Part shown: positions 47,143 through 57,719 of the stretch, one piece after another
How positions within the stretch are numbered: the stretch's first letter is position 1
How the letters are laid out: the number at the start of each line of letters is the position of its first letter
Position numbers and translations under genes: made by a program
Assembly (NCBI GenBank): GCA_008632985.1
Contig: QPGO01000132.1
Coordinates: 1 to 64,000, forward strand
DNA: 64,000 nt
Reading direction: 5' to 3'
Source of the DNA: Psammoneis japonica
Lineage: Eukaryota
Notes under the pieces: model-generated
Told to the model about the DNA's origin: nothing
The model's input: only the letters and a program-made list of their open reading frames with translations
The model's database searches: none

Positions 47143-50100
47143 GAGGAGCCACAGAAACAGATTCAACTTCGGATGGAATGAAGTTCCAGAACATGAGGGG
47201 GCGGAGAAGGTCCCAGACTTGGGAGCAACCCCAATGCTTGCTGAGAATGTCAGCAGGGTTGTGGGAGCCTTCGATGAAGTGGAGCTCAAGGCAACCAGAG
47301 GCAATTGCCTCACGCACATGGTGGAATGACAGTGCAGTGTGTCGCTTGTGTAACTTGGAGTGCGGGATGGTGGCACTGTCTACAACCGACTTGTTGTCAC
47401 CGAACATGTAACTGATGTCACGGATCTGGACGCCAAGGCAGCGCAGGGTGATGCGCAGGTCGACAATCTGCTCGACACAAGTCCTTGCGGCAACAAATTC
47501 AGACCCGTGAGTCGCAGTCTCCACGGTGGCTTGCTTCTTAGAGAACCAATCAGCCGGGAATTTGTTGAGGAAGTGGAGCATTCCCATGACAGAGCGTCTG
47601 GTGAGCATGCAATGGTGCAAGTTTGCATCGACGTAGTGGGTGGCAGTGACGAACTTGCCAAGGGGCGGTGGAGCGTCCTTCGGGATCATCTCTTCTGCTT
47701 TGCCGCACACGGAATGCATCCATTCATGGGCCGGAGCAGGGAGATCCGAGTGGTCGGGCTCTTCCGTGCGAACGTGGAGAGCGCCGTGTTGCATCTTGGA
47801 GAGGTGCCCACAGACGCGTTTGGCACGATCCAAGTGGCCTTGACGGGGCGCAGCTTGGAAGCTAGAGAGTGACATGACGGCCGTGGTGATGTCAATTCGA
47901 CCAAGGGACACTGCCCATTGGAGTGAACCAACAAGAGACTGGAACTTGTGAATGCCATCGGGCCCCAGCAATTCGGAAGTGTCCAGTTCGGAGTGGTCAC
48001 CCTTCTCCAGAGGTGACAGGGCGTTGGTGGCAGGTTTCTCCCCAAACAGTCGGGTGCAGCTGTCGACCATGCGCTCGATGTACTTGCGCGGAGACAGGCA
48101 CAAGGTGCCGTCGGGATCCCGGGAAAAGTCGCAGCCCAGATGGAACTCAATCGGTCCCGCACCCTTGAGCTTGAACTTGTGCTTTTCCATGAGAGTGTCG
48201 ACAAAAGATTGAGGGTCCTTCATGGCAATGGCGAGGTCATCCACACAAACGGCAATGCATTCGCAGTGGTTGCCGTTCCTGTGCATCCAAATGTCGGGTT
48301 CGGCATGGCAGGGGAAGAAACCTTCAGCTCGCAGGCAGTCGGCGAAGCGCTCATGCCAGCGGAGGCCAGAGCTGCGCAGTCCATGCAGGGCCTTGTGGAT
48401 GACAAGGATGTGGCCTTCGAGTTTGCCAAATTCAGGTCCGGCTGCAATGTAGAGCTTCTCCTTGGTGGTGGCTTCAAGGTGGGCATTGCCAATGTCGGTG
48501 GCCCATGTCTCCAACTCATTGAGTTCAGCCAGGAAAATCATCAGCCGAAGGCCACGGAGGGAGACTGCTCCGGAGCAGACACTGTCGATGGGTGCGTCCG
48601 TGAGGTGCCCATCGGCTGCGAGACGTGCCTTGTGGCGACCGTCGTGTTTCACGTCGCACACCAGGTGCACTCGGATCTTCTTGTGTCCCGCAGGAGGAGT
48701 GGAAGACTCGGAGGGCCCGCAGTCATGGAAGACTTCGCATTCCTCGAGTTGGTCCATCTCGAGATTAGTTGCGTCTCCCCATTTGCGGTTGCCGTTGCGT
48801 TCGTCTGGTGACATGGCGTGTTTGCAGTTCCGGGGAACTTCGCATCCGTGCTTGCAGCGAGGTGCAGTGCGGAAGGAGCGAAGCTTGGCTTGGTTGGCCA
48901 TGCAGAATGGCTTCTTCTGGCGCCTCGCGATGGTGCGGAACCACTTCCAGCCATCAGTGTCGAGAAGTCCGTTCTCTCGTGCATGGATGGCGCAGGTGAC
49001 AGGGTCGTCCTTGGCGATGATGGCAAGAGGCTCGGACGTGATCTCCCCACTTTCCCATTCAAGCACAATGTTGTAGCTTGAGCCTTTCCAGGTTGGGTCA
49101 TGGGGCTTCAGAGGTCCTTCGTGTGACACAATGCATCGAAATTTCCAAACAGCAGTGTCTTTGTCTTCTTGCTCAATGTGATTCATGATGTCGTTGTAGG
49201 CCAGGACTTCCTCACATTCGTCGTTGTTGACAGAGCAGACGAACTTAGTGAGCTCGGGATTGCCATTCACTTTCCATTCGTGGTCTTCAACGGCCTTGAC
49301 GATGCAAGCTCTGTGGCGTTGTCCATCCTCTTGTGGCTGCATGAGGAAGGTGCATCCGATGGTGTCTTGCGGATCAAAAACTGGCATCTTGGGTGTCCTG
49401 ATCTCCCCATCAGGTGAATCGACGGGGTTGTCATCATGGCGAGATTTGATGATGGGTTCAGGTGGCTCCCCATCAGGAGGATCAAGACGCAGGTTTCGAG
49501 CGGCAGGATCAGTGGCAGCGGATTGTACGTTGGACCGGCAGAGGATCTTCTGAGTCTCGTCAGAGAGGATCTTGAAGGTCATCTGGTGGCCAACGTGCTC
49601 AGCAATGCCAACAAAGCGTCCACGCAACTCACGGGATTCGGACGGCCAATCGGAGTCATCGAGGTGGAAGCACACAGGTTCCCACCAGTGAAAGCGAAGC
49701 AATGGGCTGATGTCCGGGGTGGAGCCAGTGAGAGTCTCGAGGGGCGTGTGCCAGTGGAGACTTGGGGACGCTGCATGGTTGAGCACGAAGCACACGTGCA
49801 TGAGCGCCAGCAGCCATGTGTGGGCAGGCGAACCGAAACGATCCATGACAGTGTTTGCCACGCGCTTCACGGTCTGGTGTTGACGTTCGGCAAAGTTTTG
49901 GTGTTGCTGGTGAGGCTCACTTTGCCAGCTGGAGACAAAGAGGGCTCGTAGGATCCCGAGCACCTTGTTGCTGATCTCAACTTGAGCACGGTCGCCAATG
50001 AGTTTGGATGGAGCACCACGCTCACGGATCTGATCCTCGAGTGTGTTGACAAACTCTTTGTCCGTTTTGGTGCCACAGACGTCAGTGACGGTAGACTCGG

Positions 50101-52744
50101 TGCCAACAAACAGTTGGGCGCTGGTGCAACCAGAGTCGACGGCCGGGGTGTCGGCACAAACGGTGTCAGTGGCGACAGGCTCGTTGTGGCGGTGCACATT
50201 AAGGGCGGGGTTGGGCGATTTGTGGGCCTTCCCAAGGTGTGCACCGGCGGGCATGCGGGCGCACTGCGTGGTGCAGTCGAAAGTACGACAAACCGCATCG
50301 GCAGGTTGGAAGCCAAAGTGAGGCCAAAGAGACTCGAAGGGGGGGTCCTTGGGCTGCACAGTGCGCTCCGGGGGCGGAACGTCGTCGTCCTTGGGGTCAA
50401 TCGCGTGTAGATGACACTCGTGGAACACGTCGTCATTCGGAATGAGATGGTCATCGAGGGCGGACGCGTGATCGGCAGACAAGGAGGCGGACATGATGGT
50501 CTTGTTGACGACGACACGATGACGGCAGTTGCCGCATTCGTCAAACAGGTTGGCAGTGGGATCGTCCTGCAGGTCAGAGATCGCATCGCACCACTGGTCG
50601 TCGTCAGTGACAGAGTGATCAAGGACGGAAGGATCCCATGTGTCATCACCGGTGAGGATGACATGGGGCAGGGTGTCCCATTCGGCGTCAGTGCAAGGTC
50701 GCATGGCAACATGAGGCAGGCCGCCCTTGATGTCAATTGGGATGACACAGCCATCAGGGGTGGCAATGCGTTGCAAGCCGTTGGGCACCTTGACAGAGCG
50801 ATCGTTGACATCCTGTTTGTGCCATTCGAGCTGGCCGCAGGAATGGATGGTCTCGCCCTTTCCCGTGCATGCGTGCTGATGGAGGATGGCGATGACGGGG
50901 CCATGCTGTGTCTCAATGACGGCACCAGTGGTGACAACAGGGATGTCCACCAATTGATGGTCGTCAATGCCCTGAACGTCGACTTGGCGAGAGGTGCATG
51001 CAACAACGCGAACGTCGTCGCCAGCAATGCCGCTGTTGGCCCCACGATCGACCAGAGCACCAGTGCGTGTGGAGCGATGAGCAGAGGCAGAGCAAATGAC
51101 ATTGTGGTCATCAACGCGGTGGCAAGTGCGGCCGTTAAGTTCTGTGTCATCGGCAGGAGCGGGCGAGGTAGAGGGAGCGGCGGATGGCCCTGTTCGACTG
51201 GCGTTGGGGGCTTGGTTAGGAGACAACAGGCGTTGCAGATCACCGGGTGGCAGTGGCTTGCGTTTGGTGAGGTGCGCCAGGATGGGATCATCTGAAGTGG
51301 CACCCACATTTGGAGTGGGGTCACCAGAGTCAGCAGGAGTCGTGTTGGACAAGTTGACATCACCGTCACTCCCAAGGTGTTGGTCGTGAAGGTTGGCCGT
51401 AACGGACTCATGGCAGTTGCTGGCTCGCGGGTTGCGGGGAGGCAGATGAGAATGCTCAAGGATGATCGCCTTGGAGGAATGGGGCAACAAATCCCAAATC
51501 CGTTGGTGATCGGGAGGGAGACGTTTCCATTGGTCACCGGTGAGGCTGGGACCGCGGGTGCAGGCAGCATTGGCCTGAAGGACGTCAATGTCGCTGTCGA
51601 TGTCACAGAACACATCATCGGACGGTTCCTCGGAGTGGACGTCGTGTGCGTGTGTGGCACATCAGGGAGCTCGAGGTGTCGTCTTGGGTTGAAATGCACT
51701 GTTGCAATGAGCCGCTGCAGAGAGGATCAAGCCACAATGTTGATCGCATGTGAGGCTCTTGCCACTCTGCGTGCGATGCTGATCAGCTTGGTTCTTGACA
51801 GCACGGAGTTCCTCGACAGGATGCATGGCATTCTCGAGCATGACGCGCTTCTGTTCTTCAGAGAAGTGGTCACTGGCCGGGATGAGTGCCTCGCACTTGC
51901 GCAACTGATCTTGCCAATGAAGAATGAACCCGTGGGTCGGACCTTTCCAAGTGCCATCACCAAGACGTGCGGTGGCAAGGTGCGTGAGCAAGGTGGAGGA
52001 CTCGACAGATGCGCGGGTGGAGGCAAGCGCATGCTCGGACAAGGCGCGGCAGACGGTCTGGGCGTCAGAAGACCCCACATTTTTGTGAATGAGAGCCTTG
52101 CCCTTGTCGGTGAGAAGGATGCGTTCGAAGACGGCGAACATGTGCTTTTGCTGTTCAGCAAAGAGCAGTTTGTCTTCGGGGCTGGTCGGTTTGTACGACA
52201 AGTCTAGGGTGCACTTGACGTCTTGGGCACGGGCTTGTGCCACAAGTGAGGTGTGCCAAGTGTGCCACTGCTTGTCGGATTTGAGGGCCGTGAAAGCGGT
52301 GGGGTCACGCTTGATGCCTTGCTTGAAGTCTCGCACTGGGTCGCGTGCCTTGGTCGGGTTGGTGACATGCAGAGGTGCGAGGGGCGAGCTGCCGACGGAC
52401 ACAGAAGACATGCAGTCGGGGCTGAGGCGGCAGGCAAGGAACTCCTCATGCATGAACAATGAGGAGTCATTGGCAACATCGAGACCTTTGTGTGCTTTGA
52501 CAATGTACAGACTAACTAGAGCTGCTAACATGTTCTTACAACCGCGGGGCAAAGGGATCACATTGGTGCCGTTGTCGCACTCAAGCGAGTCGATTTGGGA
52601 CGGCATGAACGTGAACAGTTCTTGGCACGAGTCCGTGCCGTCATGGGTCAAAGCCAAACAAAGAGGGCTTCCAGCACCTTGGGCAAGCACGGTTCCAACA
52701 ACGTGCTCGAAACCATCGGTTTGTTGCTGACAAGTGAGAACCAT
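47143..52744 (-). pseudogene. Copia gag-pol polyprotein (protease, integrase, RT, RNase H)
   Basis: ALVDRGAN (PR); VATDTV, QQHQNFAER (IN); HKARL, DIGNA, KAL.GLRSSG, .VDDL (RT); VDAN, GSEF, GDNKSV, NPADILSK (RH). The gag and pol ORFs share one frame, separated by a single TGA at 51662-51664. Confidence 0.93.
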
Positions 52745-53659
52745 GACAGACAAAAGCGGTGTCAGGACAAGCGATTCTTGTTGGGATGCGAAGGTAGACT
52801 TGAAACTTGGGTGAGAAAGGACTTGACTTGAAACAAACTTGACTTGAAATCTTGAACTGCCTTAAAATCAGAAGTCGCCGGGCTGTGCCATCCCATTCGT
52901 TGTCAAGTGCCAAACTTCCCATCCGGTCCGTAGAGTTGTGCCGGCACGTCCGAACCCGCAGCTGGCGGTGCTTTGGGTTGCTTACGAGCGGAGCAGCGGG
53001 TTGCAAACCCCTGCAGGTGAGCTGACCAGAGGTGGACAAGACCCCCGAACCATTCTCATTTTATGTCGGTTGGATTTCCCGATCAGGCTGGCCAGTTGAT
53101 GCAGGCATCAGGCGCTGTGGACGAACGAACAAACGCGGGAAAACACCCTCGCCCCAACGCAGGCTGCAATCACGGCTGCTTGCTCTCACAGTCGTCCTCG
53201 TGGACCTGGTGGAACTGCAGAGCACCAGCAGTCCAGGGCAGATCAGGTGCAATGGACTCGGCGTGCTTGTAGAGTGGCAGCAAAGCCGCAGTCCAAAGAG
53301 TGGGTTCAAGTCCTTGGCCGTGGAGACATGCACAGATCCTTGAACATGTGGGGTTCTTGACCGTTGACCGTTGAATGGGCACATCAAGGGATGAGGATCA
53401 AGGGTGGACTTGGACATGACCGTTGAATGCATGTCTTCAGCGACAAAAAGCAGCACAATCAATCCAGACATGCAGCGGCAAGGAGACTTGACGGTGACGT
53501 TAACTTCCTGCCGATGCCCTGGTGTTGAATGCGCGCAGACTTGCCGATGTGCGTAGAACACATGCGGAGGTCCACGCAGAATTGAAGTGGCGTCGTCGGC
53601 AAATCAACGACGACGACGGCGGTTGCTCAATGGGTTGACAATGAGCAAGACTGTTGATC

Positions 53660-53935
53660 TGACAGAAATTGAAGGCAAATGGCAAGAATTCAAACAATGA
53701 CTCCTTGCTGCTGTCTAAATGGCAGATGAGTCTCCGCTCAGAGACCGTCACAGGAGCCGAAAGACGTGTGAGTCGGCACAATCGGGCTGCTGTTGTCATT
53801 CTTGTGAGCCTTGTGGCTCGAAAGCAAACTGCATCGCGCGCGAACGCGCGGAACCAAAGCACACAAAACTGTGCGCGGCAAACTGAACAGCGCGCGACAT
53901 GTCGCACGCACCCAAATCCTGTTCAAATCCTGTCA
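53660..53935 (-). repeat. 5' LTR
   Basis: Ungapped match to 46852-47127. Confidence 0.96.
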
Positions 53936-55319
53936 TTGAATGTCTTTCATCTTGCAAGCGAAGCAGACAGGCTTGGGATTTTTGTCGCACAGAGTGCAGC
54001 AGAGTGCCACAAGGAACAGCAATGTTTTTTTCCCTGCACCAGGTGAGCCAACTGCAATCTGTCTTTGCTTTCGATGACTCTTGGTCAGTTCCTTGAGTGC
54101 ACCACACATTTCCCTCCGAATGTGAATGGCCCCATTGGGGAAAAAGTGTTCCTTGATTCCCTCCGGATGAGGGGCAAGGGGTGCAAGAAATGCTCCGATG
54201 TTGATGCACCCTCCCTCCAGTGGGCCTGTGGTGGCACACAAGCTGGCGTCAGCACAGTCAAGCGCCGCTTTTCCATGCTGGATTGATGACAACGACGTCA
54301 TTGCCAACGCTGGTCATGGCACCTTGGTCGTCCTCTGGGGGGCATCTTCGGAAGTGAGACTGTCAAAGAAAGTTGCATGGAATTTGTGCCAAAACAGTCT
54401 GTCAATCAGTGCAGTTGGGCATTTGGGACCTCTGGACAGATCCTGCATGTTTTCTTGTGCATGCAAATTGCACTGGAAAACCCCCCAAACGCACTGGCGA
54501 TCAGACCGCCTTCGATGATCTCACTTCCAAAGACGCCCCCCACCAACTCCCTCTAGCTGGCAGAGAGCAGGGCCCCAGAGCAGTGGAGAGCAGAGTTTGA
54601 GACAGTGTGGGGGAAGTCTCCAGTCAGCGCGCTGCTGGCTGAAGAAAATTGTGCAGTAGAATTTGCACTGAAAGTTAGGAGTTTTGGTGAACGCAGGACA
54701 GACTCGACGTCTTTTGCGCAGGCGGGCGGGCAGGGCCTAAAAATTGCACTGCAATTACAAAACCCCCCAAACGCACTGATGGTCAGACTTTCTTCAGCCA
54801 GCAGCTGGCTGGAGGAGTCGTCCCCCGCACTCGGTATGTTTGATTCATTCAGGACGAGTGCTCTGTATGATGCTCGACAATGAGCAAAGTCTGGAGTCAG
54901 GCAGCGTGTCGACTGGCAAGAGGTTGTGTCGGAAGTCTCCTTTGTTTCCTGTCATGAGAATGAGATCAAAAATTTTCCAAAAGATTGTTCTCTCAACGTC
55001 TTCGATTGCGAACCCGAGATTCCATCATGTGCACCCTGCGATAATTGGCCACCACAGGAAGACAATGCGGACAGAAGAAAGAAAAGAAAGGAATAGTCAG
55101 GCCACAGCTTGTCATGGGATGACGCGAGCGTTTTACAAAGTCTCACTGATAAAATAAGAGGAAAGCGAAGCAAAGATCGCGGTGGAGAAGCAAACATCGC
55201 AGACACGAATTGTGGGTTCGCAAAATTTGCACGAGTCAACAATCGCATAAAATCTACATCAGCAATGACACGACATACGATCCACTGAACATCCATTGTC
55301 TACAGCTGTCCCCTTGACC

Positions 55320-56627
55320 ATGTTGATCCGAACTACCGCCATCAGTCTCATGTTGCTCTTCAAGTGGCAAGTCCTTGCGATTCAGCCACCTGTACCGCCC
55401 ATGCCGCCCGAGCCTCCTATCCCACTTGCATGTGACGCATGCTTGGGAGGTGGAGTCCCAGCGTCGACCCCATTTTGCAATGAACTTGTTGCGCGGGCAG
55501 CGGAACTTGATTTTTCATTAGATGATGACGTGGAGGAGTGCCGCATTATCCAAGTGAATGCTGCTGAAGAGTGCGGCCCCGACTGCGTTTTGCCACCAAT
55601 ACCTTCCGGGAACTGCAGTGTGTGCGCTGACGGATTGCCTGTTGCAAATCCAGGCAGAAAAATTCCAATTGTGGAGGGTATTATAGACACGACGTGCTCA
55701 CATTATGATGAATATTTTTGGAGAGGTTTTGCCCCATGGTTATGCGCCACTACCAAGCAGCGCCTGGGAGCGTGGTGTGGGTGTGAAGGAGTGGAGAATG
55801 AGTGCCCCCTTTGTCCCGAGGCTGATCTTGACAAAGCGTTCCCGTGTTTCCCTCCATGTTTCCCATTCAAGCTCAGTCTTTCTTCCCGTGTGACTTGCCG
55901 GGATGCAGCGTTTTACCTGTCCACGTTGAAACGTTGGGAATGCAATGATGTCTATGGTGAATTCAGTCCTTTATCTTTTTGCGGCTGTAACGCGCCGCGT
56001 CCTAATCTTTGCAAAGTCTGCCCGGATGGTCAAGTACTCGCAAATCCTGAAAAGGTGATTGATATTCATGGCATTACCTGCCGAAGGGCTCAAGAGATTG
56101 CGTCCTACTTGTACCTGGGTAATTATTGCAACCTCGTTAAGTTTGCAGCAGAATCTTGTTCATGTGTGAGCGGTGCTTCGACTACCTCCCCGGTGCTAAC
56201 GTTTGAGCCAACAACTCCTGAGCCGACCACCGAGCCCCCCAAGACTCCTGAACCGAGTACGGAATCGACTCCTACGCCAACCACTGAGCTCCCCAAGACT
56301 CCCGAGCCGACCACCGAGCCCCCCAAGACGCCAGAGCCAACGACGTTGAAGCCTTCACAGACGCCAGGTCCGACCACCGAGCCCCCCAAGACGCCAGAGC
56401 CAACCACTTTGAAGCCTTCACAGACGCCAGGTCCGACCACGCAGCTTGCACAGACACCAGAGCCAACGACTGAGTTTCCACAGCAGACCACTGGGCCTGT
56501 GCAGACGCAGGAACCGACTGCAGACTCATCTCCACCGGCAACTGAATTGGGAGACGACTCGAGCGCAACGTTGATTCGCTGTGTCTTGCCATACTTCTTG
56601 GAAATCGGTGCCATGTTTGCGATGTAA
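55320..56627 (+). CDS. Secreted/cell-surface Cys-rich protein with Pro/Thr mucin-like stalk and possible GPI signal
   Basis: Signal peptide, repeated CxxC...TC...CGC modules, TPEPTTEPPK repeats, and DDSSA followed by a hydrophobic C-terminus. Confidence 0.8.
   Translation: MLIRTTAISLMLLFKWQVLAIQPPVPPMPPEPPIPLACDACLGGGVPASTPFCNELVARAAELDFSLDDDVEECRIIQVNAAEECGPDCVLPPIPSGNCSVCADGLPVANPGRKIPIVEGIIDTTCSHYDEYFWRGFAPWLCATTKQRLGAWCGCEGVENECPLCPEADLDKAFPCFPPCFPFKLSLSSRVTCRDAAFYLSTLKRWECNDVYGEFSPLSFCGCNAPRPNLCKVCPDGQVLANPEKVIDIHGITCRRAQEIASYLYLGNYCNLVKFAAESCSCVSGASTTSPVLTFEPTTPEPTTEPPKTPEPSTESTPTPTTELPKTPEPTTEPPKTPEPTTLKPSQTPGPTTEPPKTPEPTTLKPSQTPGPTTQLAQTPEPTTEFPQQTTGPVQTQEPTADSSPPATELGDDSSATLIRCVLPYFLEIGAMFAM
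56210..56480 (+). repeat. Coding tandem repeats (TPEPTTEPPK / TPEPTTLKPSQ)
   Basis: ccgaccaccgagccccccaagac occurs three times, with related units. Confidence 0.9.
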
Positions 56628-56989
56628 TATTTCGTTGAGAGAATTACCCCGAGAAAACCGTTTTATTCCATGCATCAGTACATACCTTGAATACATAATA
56701 CGCAATACGGTTGCAACCGTTGACATGAATGTAAAATTGAATGCTCGTTTCGACCGGCCTGCTTTAGAGCGGGCTACAGAAGCGTGACACGTATTTGCCG
56801 AGAAAGTAACTCGGCCCCGATAGAACAAAAGAGAAAGTAGAGACAGAAAAATAGACTTATGTCAATTACTATTAAGGTTTAAACAACTCTCTAGAGAGTT
56901 GTACGAGCCGAACTCTCTGCATACGATAGTTCTGGCTGACTCCCGCATTAAACGCTAAATTATTCCCGCTTGTCGTTCCGTCCTTTTTA

Positions 56990-57433
56990 TTATTCAAAGA
57001 ATTCAAATTCGACCAGAACAATCTTGGAATTTCCATCATAGAAGGTCAGATAATTTCCATCAACCGTGATCTTTGTCATCTCGGGCAAATGGGAGGTCAG
57101 GTAGTTCTCCATTGGACGTTGCTCCGGCGGAGGCAGCATTTTGGTACTCGCCACGGGTCCCACCTCAATGTCACCCTGGTCATTCAACACTGTAAACTCC
57201 GTCGACATCCTATTGGCAACCCTCGTCTTGATGGTATACTTGTTCTCTCCGTCTGCTTTGTCGATAAAGAACGAGACACCACCGTTCGTTTTCGTCACGG
57301 GAATCAAATCCGCGCGTTCTTGGTTGTTTTCAAAGGCCGTCTGGATTTTCCAAACTCCTTCATACTGAGCCATGGATGATGCTATGCAGATCGCTATCAA
57401 GAGAAAAAGGGACCGTAGGGGAGACGCTGTCAT
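56990..57433 (-). CDS. Secreted META-domain (HslJ-like) protein
   Basis: Signal peptide. Motifs EGVWKI, ANRM, VGPVASTKMLPP, ENYL...L. Confidence 0.7.
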   Translation of the reverse strand: MTASPLRSLFLLIAICIASSMAQYEGVWKIQTAFENNQERADLIPVTKTNGGVSFFIDKADGENKYTIKTRVANRMSTEFTVLNDQGDIEVGPVASTKMLPPPEQRPMENYLTSHLPEMTKITVDGNYLTFYDGNSKIVLVEFEFFE

Positions 57434-57719
57434 GGTTGTAGTTTTCGTTGTATGCTTCGTTGTTCGTTTCGTACTTCTTTTTTCTTGCTGTTGTCGGGCT
57501 CTTTTTATTTCTGGAGCGAGGCGCGAACGAGGTGGAGCGAGGAGCGAGGCGGAGGGGTCTTCCAGTAAGTTCGGCTCTCCGTACCCCGTCGTACATTTTC
57601 TACAGAGAACGTCATCACTTAGGAAAGACAATACTGTATGTTGTACATACTGCACTCTACAGTACATACACAGAACAATATGAGAGTCATCTTTCTCCGC
57701 TCCTTATTGCGTGCGTGCT

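Larger units (their letters stand above)
46852..53935 (-). mobile_element. Full-length Ty1/Copia LTR retrotransposon (7084 bp), hypermutated
   Basis: Two 276-bp LTRs with TGACAG...CTGTCA ends, 5-bp TSD TTGAA (46847-46851 and 53936-53940), purine tract next to the 3' LTR, and gag-PR-IN-RT-RH domain order. Confidence 0.97.
45900..54320 (-). pseudogene. P-loop NTPase relic (Crinkler/RHS-type NTPase-like) split by the Copia insertion
   Basis: Walker A IAVGSPGAGK (~54025-54058). After removing the element plus one TSD the frame continues KMKDIQ|EPMSVFFM...VLFFLDGP (Walker B-like). Internal TGA stops. Outer limits are approximate. Confidence 0.6.
41930..55100. other. Large TpA-depleted domain containing the Copia element and its target gene
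   Basis: TA nearly absent throughout. CpG is abundant inside the Copia and depleted in 41930-45900. Confidence 0.9.

Noticed and set aside
47143..52744. Alternative genetic code or ADAR-type RNA editing of the retroelement
   Set aside because: Neighbouring genes use Tyr normally. Changes occur on both strands, differ between the LTRs, and also affect introns, a DNA transposon and host-gene copies.
46852..53935. Explanation by classical RIP or 5mC deamination alone
   Set aside because: Both are C->T processes. They cannot convert TAY Tyr codons to TGY/CAY or GTA to GCA, and CpG is still abundant in this element.
54460..54800. Short imperfect direct repeat (aaattgcactg...aaaaccccccaaacgcactg)
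   Set aside because: Only two ~50-bp copies with no regular spacing. Not CRISPR-like, and no function can be supported.
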